Translations under genes and position numbers: made by a program | Origin: a virus | Taxonomy: Duplodnaviria > Caudoviricetes | Reading direction: 5' to 3' (one strand) | IMG/VR virus record: IMGVR_UViG_3300037067_002413 | Location: 1-64,000 of that record | DNA: 64,000 bases | Notes under the pieces: generated by a model | Databases searched by the model: none | The model's input: the letters and a program-made list of their open reading frames with translations, nothing else | What the model was told of the DNA's origin: nothing | Shown: positions 10,691 to 21,643 of the stretch, piece after piece | Layout of the letters: every line of letters begins with the position of its first letter | Numbering within the stretch: the stretch's first letter is position 1

Positions 10691-11569
10691 ATGTTGAATG
10701 ACAGACCAGTACCAAAAAAACTTGTTGCTTACTACCGACTCAGCAAACCGAAGAGAGGCAAGAACAAGAGCGAGACGATTCGTGACGCTTACGGCATGAC
10801 CGACCAGCGGCGCGACGTTGCTTCAATTAGAGACCGATTTGATGCCCAAATTATTGGCGAGTTTGCCGAGATAGAAACCGGCACCAACAAGAAGGCTCAT
10901 CGTCCTGAATTGGAAAAGGCCATTTTGATGGCTCGTTTTCATAAGGCCACTCTGGTTATCGGAAGACAAGATCGTCTTGGTAGGAATACCCACTTCATTA
11001 CTGGCCTAATGGAAAAGGGAATCCATTTCATGTGCGCCGACGCTCCCGATCAAACTGAAATGGCAATCGAAGTCCGTGCATCGTTTGATGCGGAGGAGGC
11101 ACGTCGCATTTCGGCGCGAACGAAAGCCGCATTGGCTATTGTCAAAGAAAATGGAAAGAAACTTGGCTCGGCCCGCCCCGGTCATTGGAAAGGTAGAGAG
11201 CATCTGCGTGGGTTCAAGCAAGCGACTATCGCTAGTGTTTTGGCAAAGCGTCGTCGCGTTCACGAGAACTACGATCAGGTGATTCATTTGATTACTGAAT
11301 GGCAGTCCAAGGGGATGCCATTAACCGTGATTGCTGAGAATCTGAACGAAATGGGACACAGCACATTGGCCTGTATGCCTTTCACGCAACCGGCAGTTAG
11401 TTCGGTTCTCAAGTTGTATGGCAAGAAACTAATTAAGCACTTTGTCACTGGAACGTGTACAGAGTGCAATCGTGGATTCAGGGTTTCGTGGGAGCAACAG
11501 CAACATCCTGAACAGCCATTGGTTTGTTATCGTTGCATCAAGAAGAAATCACGGCGGGCCTCGGCATGA
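10691..11569 (+). CDS. Serine recombinase (resolvase family) with C-terminal HTH and Zn finger
   Basis: VAYYRLS catalytic motif, RPEL, DRLGRN, E...IS.RTKAAL. Confidence 0.9.
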   Translation: MLNDRPVPKKLVAYYRLSKPKRGKNKSETIRDAYGMTDQRRDVASIRDRFDAQIIGEFAEIETGTNKKAHRPELEKAILMARFHKATLVIGRQDRLGRNTHFITGLMEKGIHFMCADAPDQTEMAIEVRASFDAEEARRISARTKAALAIVKENGKKLGSARPGHWKGREHLRGFKQATIASVLAKRRRVHENYDQVIHLITEWQSKGMPLTVIAENLNEMGHSTLACMPFTQPAVSSVLKLYGKKLIKHFVTGTCTECNRGFRVSWEQQQHPEQPLVCYRCIKKKSRRASA

Positions 11570-14500
11570 CCAGACGCAATTACTTGATGATTCGTGATCG
11601 GATGGCACACGCCATAACGCTTGAGTTGTTGCGAAAGGACGGACATCAACCAGCGGTGAAGGAAAAGATTCGCGGATTACTTGGAGACAATGTTCAGCAT
11701 CTTGAAGAGTTATACCAACTCGCCGATCTGGCCGCTGCGGCGGTTCTCGACTGTGAGTTGATTCGTTTTACCGCCGTTAGAAGAACACCTTTGGAGAAAG
11801 TACCATGAAGTATCTCATTATGTTGTTGGCTTTGGTAACATCGGCTTTTGATAAGCCCAAAGTGGATAACCAATTGCCAATCAAGTATCCGGCCGAGGTC
11901 TATAAAATGTCGGATGCCGAATTTTTCAAGTGGGCAACTGACTTCAACAAGAAGCAAGTTACCGATCTGGAAACTCGTCGGGCAAATATCACGGAGGATA
12001 AATGGATCAATGGAATGACAACACGGACTCGTGCTGAATATGACTACGGTTGTTCTTCGTATGGATGCAATTCCCAATATGGAAGTTCGAGTCGGGAGAC
12101 CACCAGTTACCCAGTGCGATGGTCCAATCCGTCCTACAGTGGACCTGGACCGTTGACAACCATCAACCCTTATTGCCGGCCAACAAAATGAGAAAGCATT
12201 GCGGAAATAAATGGCAGAAGTCCTGGTACAATCCCAGGGCCGGCTATCCGATGTTTCATTATGTGCCTCGGCGTACACCCAAAGACAAATCGGCTCAAGA
12301 TTTGCCTGGATGGATACAGATCGTGGTGTTGGTCTTTATTCTTTTCGTGGTATTCATTTGCAAATGAAGGGTAGACAAACATGAGTGGGCAGATAGAATA
12401 TGTAATTGGTTGTTTGCCCTGCGAGGGTGCAGCGATACTGGGCTACGTGCCTTATAAGAATTCCACGGTTGCCCAATGTTCTAGGTGCGGTCAAGATGTT
12501 TGGATTGGACCAAAGCAGAAAGAAACGCACGAGAAGCGCGAGTATCCAATCATTTGCCTTGACTGTATCATTGAGGAGCATGGAATCGAAGCGGTAAACA
12601 ATATCGTTCCATTAACGGACAAGGGGACGGGAGAATGAGTTTCATCAACGTGAAAGAAAACAGAGTGAACCTACAGGTCTTCGAGTACAGGCAGCCTGGA
12701 CAAGAGACGCCATCTGATCCTGCTTTTGAATTTATGACAGGCAACGAGGCGGAGAAACTTGCTTGTCTAGGTTTCACCCATGAAGTCATTGGACCCGATC
12801 CCAAGGATGGTGGACCCATGTTGATTTGTGCCTGTCCCAATGCGGACTCTGCAAGGACAATTAAGGACGCCCTTGATTTTCTTGATAGGCTATGATTTGA
12901 CAAACTCTTATTGAGTTGGAGAATTTTATGAGATCGTCCGGGCAGGTGGAGACTCATCTTCGGAAGGATACGCTTCGGGTTCTGCAACGAAAGTTGCCGA
13001 TTATGGATCGCGCTGATCGACTGGAACTTATTATGCTTCGCGTTTCAGTAGCTCAGGCTTGCGATGTGGCTGGAGTCGAGACTAGGAATCTGCGTGTGAT
13101 TGGAAAAAGTTTTCACGAGTTGGTATGGATGGCCAATCACAAGGATCACGGATGGAACACTTTGATTTCGGCATTGGCTGAGAAAGTAAAAATATGAAAG
13201 GGTTCACGATCGCGGACATACTCACCGATCAGGAAATAGAAGAGGCACGTCGGATGTATCGCCGGCTCAAGGATACTGGTCGTTTTGCTGCCGCGATTTG
13301 CGACAAGTTTATTGAACCCAATATGGCTCGAATCAATACTAAACTTGGTCAAGAGAATAATTCTTTGTTCTTGGCCTATGCAATTGAACACATTTTGTCA
13401 CAGGAAGTGAGACATGATTAGGGTTTATGAAATTCCCGATGGCATCATAGTTGAATCTCAACCATTTACGAAGCCAAGTAGGAATGTAAACGGTCGCATC
13501 ATCGCCGAGATTAAGTCGTCGCACGGTCGGCGACGGGACGTGCATGTTCGTCTGTGCGATTTTGGCGCACTGATGACTTTGACTGATGTGGCGGTTTTGG
13601 GAAACGCGCTTCGTACATTGGCGACTTGTGTTCAGGAGAAAATGGACGAGGTTCAACAAGAGGCCAAGGCCAAGGTCAAAAGATCAAGGAAGAAATAATG
13701 GAACCAAAGTTCTGTCACGCACTTGGTTTTCGGGATGCTCTGGCTCACGTCTGCATGATTACCAGGATGAACGGACCTCATGCGGCCGTCCGCGAGGTCG
13801 CGGAAATGCTGCTAAAGTCAGACCCAGATCATTGCCACGCGAAGGTGGTTTTGGAAATGATCGACGTGGACGAGCGGGAGCAACGCAGAAAAGCATGGCG
13901 GAAGAAACGCAAGAAATCAAAATGAGCAAGGATGCGTTGATTGGGTAAAGTAGGCCCATGCCAATGTGGGAGGGGTATTGCAGATGGGTCACATACAGAG
14001 TAGAATTCTGCTTTTGGATATATTTCGGTAACGAGGTTTGCAATGGTAAAAACAAGGAAGAATGTTGTTGTTCGTAATAAAGGCGATTCATTAGGCGACT
14101 TAATCTTTGTTGCCGAGAAGGCTAATAAGATTTTCTGGACCGATGATGATTGGGATCGACTAGCGGAAATCGTGTGGAAGATGAAGGCAACTTCAACAGA
14201 TTGCCTGTCTCGAATTGCGAGTCTTGCACAAAAACAGTTTCCGCAAAATCGACAGAGACCCGGCATACTAACGGTGAAATCATTGAAGCCGTTGGTAAAG
14301 CGAATTAGGGCAAAGGAGGAAGAGACCAGGGAATTAGCGGACAGAGCCGGAGCACTTGCTGCTCAAGTGACTTTCTTCCAGGGTGTGCCGGCAACCAAAC
14401 AAGAGATCATCACTTCTCTTACTGATGACGAGGTACGTCAACACTTCTTTGGTCGTTTTCTTACGATGTTGACGATCGACGATATTGGTTCTACATTTTC

Positions 14501-14972
14501 AGCAGATCAGTTGTTAGGAGCATTATCAACTGCTGATCTTGCAGCCGTCGTCACGAAACGACTTGTTGAGAACATGGAACGTCCAATTCAAGTGATGCTA
14601 CCGCTATCCATCCCAGCGGAAGAGAAACGGATAGTATCGCAACCCAGTCATAAACCGGCAACAGTCGTCAGGCAGAAGAGGATCATGGTCATAGGTACGC
14701 GGGGCGACGAAGGCCGGCACATACGCGATAGGGTTCAACATCTGTGCGAAGTAAGTTTCATGGAGGGAAAAGATTTGCGAGCGGAGACCGTTCCGAAGAA
14801 TGCTGATCTTGTCATCCTATGGTCGAAATTCATTTCACGACAAAACAGGTTGATGGTGTTGGAACTCCTTCCGTGCGGAAAAGTTTTTGAGCATTACTTT
14901 GGCGCAAAGGAACTCGTCAGGAAGATTGAAAGTTTTTGCGGGAACGAACTTGCAACAATAAAGGCGAGGTAG
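11566..14972 (+). CDS. Run of phage hypothetical genes (including secreted 11805-12191, Zn-finger 12381-12638 and 309-aa 14043-14972)
   Basis: Contiguous ORFs; signal-peptide-like N-terminus at 11805. Confidence 0.55.
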
Positions 14973-15011
14973 GTGCAAATCCTACCTCGCCTAACCCGCA
15001 TCAAAAATGAG

Positions 15012-15086
15012 TGGGGAGAGCGGGAGTCGAACCCGCACATTGCGTCCCTTGTCGGGCCGTCTCTGCTCTTGTTGGACTATCTCCCC
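15012..15086 (-). ncRNA. tRNA-like element with an aberrant anticodon arm
   Basis: GGGGAGA/TCTCCCC acceptor stem and GCGGG-TTCGACT-CCCGC T arm; D and anticodon arms non-canonical. Confidence 0.6.
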
Positions 15087-15132
15087 ATCTTGGTTTCCAA
15101 TATAAACAACATTCAACGTATCGTTGATTTTC

Positions 15133-16587
15133 TTAGCTGCGTATTTTTCGTTTTGCCATCACTAAGTATTTTTTCTGCTTATCCACTCCAATAACTTTTG
15201 ACGCCCCGTTGTCGAGTCCCGCAAGCAACATTGTTCCGCTTCCAACAAAGGGATCAAGTAATACGCCGCCGGTGGGCAGTAAGTATTTGCACCACCAGTC
15301 TGCAAGAGCGTAGGGCGTGCTTGCAGGGTGGCCAACGCTTTCGTTAGGGTTTGCTGCGGCAAATGGCAGCAGGTTGAATGGGGTGACTCCTCCTCGTTCC
15401 ATTGCCACCTGGGCGGTTCTGCCGGCGTTGACGGCTTGGCCACCAGGTCTTCGTTGTAAACAACGGTCTTCCCATCGTATCGAAGCCATTGCGTCTGATA
15501 TGTCCCAAAGCACTGATTCTTGTTTACGATAACAGTCCGGCCGGCCCAACCAAACGCACCATTTGACGCTCTGCCGCATTAGGCCGACCTTCCGGCTGGC
15601 AGCGTGAGAGGGAAGCGTGTTCATGCACCACCAATAGGCATCCTGCACCAAGTTCCATTCTTCCGCAGCCCACAAGACAAATCTCCATGTCCAAAGACGC
15701 ATAGCTCCGATGTTCTTGAAGTTTGGTTGGAGGATGAACATGGCACTGCCGGTCGGCTTCAATACTCGGCGACACTCGACGACTACCGTCTTCATCATGT
15801 CCAGCCATGCTTCCTCGGTCATTGCTCCGTAGTCTTTTCCAATGCAGGGGTACGGCGGGTCAGTGATTATGACATCGACGCTGGCCTTGTCGATTTTCTT
15901 CATTTCCTTTCGGCAATCGCCTTCTATCAGAGTTGTGGCTGCAACCCTTTCTTTCCACTGGTCATCAGTCAGACGACTGGGCTTCTCAGTTTTGCTGTTG
16001 GATTTTTCCCTCGATCGAATGGTGTGAACAGCACCATGTAAAGTTTTGCTGCCGTCAATGACACTTTGTAGCAACTTGTTGTCGCCCGAATCGCGGATGG
16101 TTTTCATTGCGCTGAGTGAACCGTGAGACACTCCTGCTTTCTTGGCGGCAGATTCGCGCGCATTTAATTTTGCCAAATTTGGCAAAATATCGCCTTTGGG
16201 GGGTCTGCCCGCATGACCCGCAAGAAGTTCCTCATATTGGAGACCAAGGTAAGCTCGTTGCCCCGTGGTCAAATGGCGTCGCGCCAGGTTGTCGCTGATT
16301 GCAAATAACTTGGCGGCGTCTTTGCTGGTGAACTCCCGAATAATGACTGGAACGGTTTTCAGTCCTAGTTCCTTGGCTATTCGCAGGCGATTGCTGCCCG
16401 ACAGGACAATAAGGTGATTGCCGTTTCGCCAGACGATCAATGGAATCTGGATGCCATCGCGTTCTATACTCTCCTTGAGAAACTTAGAATCTTCGTAGGT
16501 TAGTGGAGGGCCAACTTCTATATTCCAAGGGTTTGGTTCGAGTTTAGAGACCAGGCAATGGGCGACGATTTCATTGGCTGTTGACAT
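15133..16587 (-). CDS. ParB-like N-terminal domain fused to an N4/N6 DNA methyltransferase
   Basis: L.ESI..DGI..PLIV...SG.NRL; ITDPPY; VLLDPFVGSGT. Confidence 0.9.
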   Translation of the reverse strand: MSTANEIVAHCLVSKLEPNPWNIEVGPPLTYEDSKFLKESIERDGIQIPLIVWRNGNHLIVLSGSNRLRIAKELGLKTVPVIIREFTSKDAAKLFAISDNLARRHLTTGQRAYLGLQYEELLAGHAGRPPKGDILPNLAKLNARESAAKKAGVSHGSLSAMKTIRDSGDNKLLQSVIDGSKTLHGAVHTIRSREKSNSKTEKPSRLTDDQWKERVAATTLIEGDCRKEMKKIDKASVDVIITDPPYPCIGKDYGAMTEEAWLDMMKTVVVECRRVLKPTGSAMFILQPNFKNIGAMRLWTWRFVLWAAEEWNLVQDAYWWCMNTLPSHAASRKVGLMRQSVKWCVWLGRPDCYRKQESVLWDISDAMASIRWEDRCLQRRPGGQAVNAGRTAQVAMERGGVTPFNLLPFAAANPNESVGHPASTPYALADWWCKYLLPTGGVLLDPFVGSGTMLLAGLDNGASKVIGVDKQKKYLVMAKRKIRS

Positions 16588-17234
16588 AGGGTACTTGGGT
16601 GATTTGCTGGGGTTAGGTCATTACAAGGCGGTGAACTCCCAATCGGCTCGTGGCCGGCCTTCGCTAAGAGTCCCAGTATCTTCTCTTCGTCAAGAAAAGA
16701 CAAGTCCTCAAAGGCGTCTGATTCCAAAAGGAATTTTAGCAGCCGACGCGATTGAATCTTTCTGAAATGCTTCCTTGCCAAGAATTTCCACGCTGCCGAT
16801 AAATAGTAGAGCAACCACCAGGCGTCTTCCCCAGTGACAGAAACCTCGCCGCGAAGAGCACTGGTGTAAACCAGATGTCGAAGGCCGTTGTTGTCTACCG
16901 TTCGCAGGCAGGAGTTTTCTTGCAACGGGGCAATGGGCGTCGGTAGAATCTTTCCATCTTCTGATATGAGTCCACGTTGCAGACCTTGCTCGGCAAAATC
17001 CAGAACGTCATGGAAGTTTGGATTGCGTTGACCATCTTGGTCGATGCCGGTGATTTTCTTCCATGCGTCCTGCCAATTTTGGATAAGAAGGTTATAAGCA
17101 CCCTTCCAATCTTTTTCAACGGCTTCGCTGAAAAGTTGCTGACCACGGCGACGGCGTGTGGGATCATCGTCTTCTTCGGACGTTTCCTCGTACTCGGAAA
17201 TTTCGTAGGATTCGTAATGCTCAAACATGGACAT
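16518..17234 (-). CDS. Hypothetical protein
   Basis: 238-aa ORF lying between the two methyltransferases. Confidence 0.55.
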   Translation of the reverse strand: MSMFEHYESYEISEYEETSEEDDDPTRRRRGQQLFSEAVEKDWKGAYNLLIQNWQDAWKKITGIDQDGQRNPNFHDVLDFAEQGLQRGLISEDGKILPTPIAPLQENSCLRTVDNNGLRHLVYTSALRGEVSVTGEDAWWLLYYLSAAWKFLARKHFRKIQSRRLLKFLLESDAFEDLSFLDEEKILGLLAKAGHEPIGSSPPCNDLTPANHPSTLCQQPMKSSPIAWSLNSNQTLGI

Positions 17235-18162
17235 TCTCGTTTGTAAATGGTTTTAGGAGCGGTGGGAAATTACTAATTACCAATTCGGTATTTGGTTTGA
17301 GAGATTGCCCCGCGCGGTAGGCCGATGACATCTGGTAATTTAGAGTGACCTCAGCACATTGGCCTGGGTACAGTTTTTTTACAGCCTCAGCATTGTCATA
17401 AGTCATAAGCCATCGCCACTTGACGCCTTTCAAGGCTTTCGCCAGGTCTTCATGTTTGTTGGTTGGTCGCTTGCCGTCGCCGTTGTTGGCAAAGGAATGC
17501 TTATAACATTTATCTCCGGCAACATAATAGGGCGGGTCAAGGTACACTAACGTCTTTGGGGAAATGTCTGACAAGAGATCAAATACGTTGTCGAATGTGA
17601 CCTGGAAATTTCCGGCTGTCTGCACCTTGACCATATCTGTTACACGGACAATCGCCTTGCAGATTTCAGCAGGATTCCAGCGAACGTCAAAACCCCATTG
17701 CTTAGGCGTTCCGTCGTCCGCCCTCTGGCTCTTGCCACCAACATGCGTGGCCGCTTTCTCGCCCATGTTTGAGTAGGACAATTTATGAACGAGCAACTTG
17801 TCAAACGCTCGCTCAACCCTGGTTCGGTGGAAACGGCACTTGTCCTTATCAGCCAGGATTCGAGATTTGACTTTGGCGAAGTCGCGCAAGGTTGGCTTGA
17901 AACTCATTACCTTTTGACAGAGTTCGTTTCGTTCTTTGGGATTCAACACCACATCCCACAAGACGAATACGTCCTTGTCAATGTCGTTGATTCTTACAGG
18001 AAAGGGGCCGTATTCTTTGAGAAGTGTTAGTCCCATTGAAAAACCGCCCGCGAATGGTTCAATATATTCTGTGATAGGCAGAACAGGATTAAACACTCCT
18101 TGCTTCACAAATCGTGTTGCTAGTCGAGATTTTCCACCGGGGTAACCAAAAAATGATTTCAT
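17221..18162 (-). CDS. Dam-like (D12 class) N6-adenine DNA methyltransferase
   Basis: YPGGKS, YIEPFAGG, INDID, YLDPPY. Confidence 0.9.
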   Translation of the reverse strand: MKSFFGYPGGKSRLATRFVKQGVFNPVLPITEYIEPFAGGFSMGLTLLKEYGPFPVRINDIDKDVFVLWDVVLNPKERNELCQKVMSFKPTLRDFAKVKSRILADKDKCRFHRTRVERAFDKLLVHKLSYSNMGEKAATHVGGKSQRADDGTPKQWGFDVRWNPAEICKAIVRVTDMVKVQTAGNFQVTFDNVFDLLSDISPKTLVYLDPPYYVAGDKCYKHSFANNGDGKRPTNKHEDLAKALKGVKWRWLMTYDNAEAVKKLYPGQCAEVTLNYQMSSAYRAGQSLKPNTELVISNFPPLLKPFTNENVHV

Positions 18163-18202
18163 GTTGATTTTGTCAGCCGTAGATTATGTGATTACCGCGA
18201 TC

Positions 18203-19537
18203 CTACTCGCCCTTATTTTTCCAGTAGAGTTGCAATGCTTTCTGAGTGCATCGACCTTGGAATTGGGCACCCGTTTCGTTTAGCCCGGCTTCCATGACTT
18301 CCGGCCATATCTCTGGCCATTCGGTAAGGATGCGTTGGCAAAGTTTCAATCGCCCGGCATCGTTGAGCGAATTCATTTCCAGCATTCGATCGAGTCGTCC
18401 CGGTCGGCTTGAAGTATGATCGGGCGTCGGCGTGCCCAACGCTGGATCGAGTTGATCGAGTCGATTGGTGGTGACAACCAACAGGACGCCGCCTGCACGT
18501 TCGATTCCATCGAGACAGTTCAACAAACAATCAAAGGTTAGATGTCCGCCGGCAATGTTCTTTCGGCACTCAAATACCGTGTCGATGTCTTCGATCAAAG
18601 CGATGCAAGGAACTTCCTGTTGCATCCTCTGCCAGTGTTCTTGTAACTCGTTGTCATAAAGCGTGGCCAGATGGTAGACGCAAACCGGCAAATCAAAATC
18701 TTCGGCGATGGCACGAACGATTGAGGTCTTTCCAGTGCCAGGAGGTCCATAGAGCAACCAGCCACGTCGCCACGGGATACCTCGACTCTTATACCATTCT
18801 TCACTGGTTCGCCAACGCTTGATTTCGTCAACCATTGCCGTTGCCTCCGGGCTGAGGGCTAGTTGTCCAACCGCGTTGCCATGATTCAATCGGCATGTCC
18901 CCAGGTCATCCGGGTTCCATTGCAGGATTCGATTTTGCATGGAAGTTATTGCCGTCCAATCGGCGGTCTGCGCGGCACCACACGCACCATCGTTGCTTTG
19001 CAATCGAGCCGGTTTTCCATCCGAACCAAATAAGTGCCTTACGGAATATCTTGGCCGAGCTTGATTGTCGGTTGTAGCCTGGGCAGCGTTGTATTCGTTG
19101 GTAGCAGCAATGAGGAGTTTGTCGAGATTAAAAGTGCCTCGAAGAAAGGTGAGAGTAAGACCGCCCTCGAAATTCTTTTCTCCCATCATAATGTCTTGTT
19201 GGTTGTATCGAGCCTCGCGTTTAATCCAGACGGGACGCCAACCACACCAGAATAATTTCCCTCCCGTGCCAACGATCTCCATTGCGATCAACTGGACTCT
19301 TTTCTTTGGTCGGACAAACATCGTCCACCCAATGTAGTTTCGCATTCCATAAGGTGAGGTCTTGAAGTGTTGCCAGCAATACATGCTCACGGCTTCTTGC
19401 AGGCCGCCTTGCACCTTGCAGTTGACAATCAAGTAACTGGAGATTTGCGACCAGATGCTTCGGATGTATCCCCAAAACATGGTGAGTGCCCCGGTCAATG
19501 CAGCAGTTCCGCCGATAATCCATCCCCAGTGGTGCAT
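18203..19537 (-). CDS. Membrane-anchored BCS1-like AAA+ ATPase
   Basis: N-terminal hydrophobic helix; WY..RGIPWRRGWLLYGPPGTGKTS; LIEDID; LLN.LDG; TTN...LDPAL; RPGRLD. Confidence 0.85.
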   Translation of the reverse strand: MHHWGWIIGGTAALTGALTMFWGYIRSIWSQISSYLIVNCKVQGGLQEAVSMYCWQHFKTSPYGMRNYIGWTMFVRPKKRVQLIAMEIVGTGGKLFWCGWRPVWIKREARYNQQDIMMGEKNFEGGLTLTFLRGTFNLDKLLIAATNEYNAAQATTDNQARPRYSVRHLFGSDGKPARLQSNDGACGAAQTADWTAITSMQNRILQWNPDDLGTCRLNHGNAVGQLALSPEATAMVDEIKRWRTSEEWYKSRGIPWRRGWLLYGPPGTGKTSIVRAIAEDFDLPVCVYHLATLYDNELQEHWQRMQQEVPCIALIEDIDTVFECRKNIAGGHLTFDCLLNCLDGIERAGGVLLVVTTNRLDQLDPALGTPTPDHTSSRPGRLDRMLEMNSLNDAGRLKLCQRILTEWPEIWPEVMEAGLNETGAQFQGRCTQKALQLYWKNKGE

Positions 19538-19896
19538 TATGATTTATCCTCTATAACAACTCTGTGTGTTCGTTTTCCAAGTTGAATCACGCCCCAACCA
19601 GGATCAAGAAATCCTGACAGCATGTTGGGGTCACTGACTTGACTTCCGTTCCACTTCATTGATCCTTCTTTGATCTTGCGAATGACTGCACTTCTCGTTG
19701 CAATAAATCCGCTCTTGACAACAACGTCAGCAAAAGCGTCAAAGCGAATTATTCCGCTTGGGATTTTCGGTTGGCACCAATTGATGACGTGCTCCAACGT
19801 CTCGGCATCAATCGACCGTGGATTGTTTAGCAATTCCCAAAGGTCATCAAATGGAAACGCTACCATCATGTCGGCGAATGTTTTAGGTTTTGTCAT
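19537..19896 (-). CDS. Stand-alone S4-like RNA-binding domain resembling the TyrRS C-terminus
   Basis: ADVVVKSGFIATRSAVIRKIKEGSMKWNGSQVSDP...VIQLGKR. Confidence 0.65.
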   Translation of the reverse strand: MTKPKTFADMMVAFPFDDLWELLNNPRSIDAETLEHVINWCQPKIPSGIIRFDAFADVVVKSGFIATRSAVIRKIKEGSMKWNGSQVSDPNMLSGFLDPGWGVIQLGKRTHRVVIEDKS

Positions 19897-20197
19897 GGGT
19901 GTCGATGATGTATCGTCCAGCGGGTATGTATCCATCTGCCACTAGAACGTCAAGCATCAGGGGAAGATTTCTGTTGTGACGGCCGCGACGGAGATCGTTT
20001 GCCTGTTGACTGGTGATTTGAGGACCATCGCCGCGAACTTGATATTCAAGGCAGAGACCATTCACGGTTCCCGTGTTGAATAGAAGGTCAAACTCGAAGC
20101 CAAATACCTGTCTGATGTACTCCTCTAAATCCTGATATTTCACTCGAAACACGGGAATTATGACTGCTTTGAGCTTAGGCTTAGGGTCTGTCGGCAT
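19883..20197 (-). CDS. Hypothetical protein
   Basis: 3' part of the tracked ORF, starting MPTDPKPK, coupled to the next gene. Confidence 0.55.
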   Translation of the reverse strand: MPTDPKPKLKAVIIPVFRVKYQDLEEYIRQVFGFEFDLLFNTGTVNGLCLEYQVRGDGPQITSQQANDLRRGRHNRNLPLMLDVLVADGYIPAGRYIIDTHDKT

Positions 20198-20728
20198 CTG
20201 ATGGCGTTTCTCAGATTGAGTTCTGTTAATTAGCACGACTTGACTCCGTTGTGGCTGGGTGGTATAGTGAGGTTTGGTAGTTTCGGTAGTTTCTTTAACC
20301 CAGAGAGGATACGTTATGTACCATTTCACATTAGGAGACATGGAGTGCCAGTGTGACACTCCTGACGAATTGCGAAAAATCTGCGAAGGTAGGTCAACCA
20401 GATTCGTCCCCATCTGTTCCAGGGAAACCAGGGATGCCATCCCGGACCCACCCACGGCGAAGGAATCCACCAAGGCCAATACCAGGGAAGTGTTTGGCAT
20501 TGGCAGTGGCACTTTGCCGTATAAGGAACCGTCACGGGAGGAAGTCGTGAAAGAGTTGCCATACGTTGACGAACCTTTGACATGGAAGGTGGCTAATAGG
20601 TGGGCCAAGAAACTTGGCCGAAAGGATGTTTCGCAACTTCGTTCTGACCTGTGTGCCCGTAAGAAAATGGGCAAGTAGGTCATCAATCAAATGGTCGCCG
20701 GCATGAGGCCGGCGACTATTATTTATAG

Positions 20729-20851
20729 TCGCATCGGTAGGGATCGAACCTACGACTACAGGCTCCCTGATAACCCTTGCCTACGACCCGTTGGGTAAAT
20801 GGCGGGAAGGGTAATTTGACCTGCGCCTCTTCCATCTGGGCTACGATGCGA
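20729..20851 (-). ncRNA. tRNA-Y RNA chimera (remote copy)
   Basis: CGCATCG/CGATGCG acceptor, D arm, CAGGT/GCCTG stem, GTAGG-TTCGATC-CCTAC T arm; the anticodon loop holds CCCTT..GCC..TTACCC-aac-GGGT(C)GT.GGC.AAGGG-TTATC. Confidence 0.8.
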
Positions 20852-21007
20852 TCGGTCTACTCAATCGAGTTCATCAGAATTTCGATGTGCTCCCGCAATG
20901 ATTGCAAGCGGTTGAGCGTCTCATCTTCCGTTACACTGTGATCGGAAAATACTTCGTCGATCGCCTTCTCGGCTTTTTCGTCAAGTGTCATCTGTTACCT
21001 CTGCGTT

Positions 21008-21466
21008 TTAATGTTTGTCTTCACCGAAAATTGCCCCGATGCCAGCGACCCCTAATTCGTTGTCATCAGTATCAAAGGTGACGATCGTGTCGATCATCAT
21101 ATTTCTTCCAATCTTTTCGCGGAACTCGTATATTTTTCCCTTCTCGGATACTGAGCAAGTGAACGAGTCGCCTGGTTCAACAGGTATGGAACCTGGTAAT
21201 TTATATCGCTGTCTTTCTTTCAACATTCTTCATTCTTCCGTGAATTGGAAGGCGTCCGGTGCAATGGCTTCCTGATCGAACGAGACGACGTTGAAAATCT
21301 CGTCTTCCATACGAAGCATTAGTCCCTCAATGAACGGATGTTGCTGGGCAATTGCAACAGTCTCCCGTACTTCTTCGTGGTCGATTAGTTTGGCGTTTTC
21401 ATTGGGCTTAATGCGGGAGAACTTCCCACCAGTGCCCCGTTTGTAAAAAATGGCATACTGTCGCAT
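21008..21466 (-). CDS. Two small hypothetical proteins (21230-21466, 21008-21226)
   Basis: Consecutive ORFs; GGAG RBS before 21466. Confidence 0.6.
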
Positions 21467-21495
21467 GTTTGGTCTCCATATTGGGTTTAATAGTT

Positions 21496-21537
21496 CCTCT
21501 AATAAGACGACGTGGAAATTGGTGAAATCTGGTCTAT
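21496..21537 (-). promoter_or_regulatory. Class II phage promoter-like element, copy 1
   Basis: Reverse complement ATAGACCAGATTTCACCAATTTCCACGTCGTCTTATTAGAGG is 38/42 identical to 61533-61574. Confidence 0.75.
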
Positions 21538-21643
21538 GATCGCGTTCAATTTCCCATTATTTTGTTTTGGACGGTCTGAAAAGACCGATTTTTCCTTTTA
21601 GGACGCGGCGGATTGAAAAATCTCAGAAAATATCTGGATTTTT

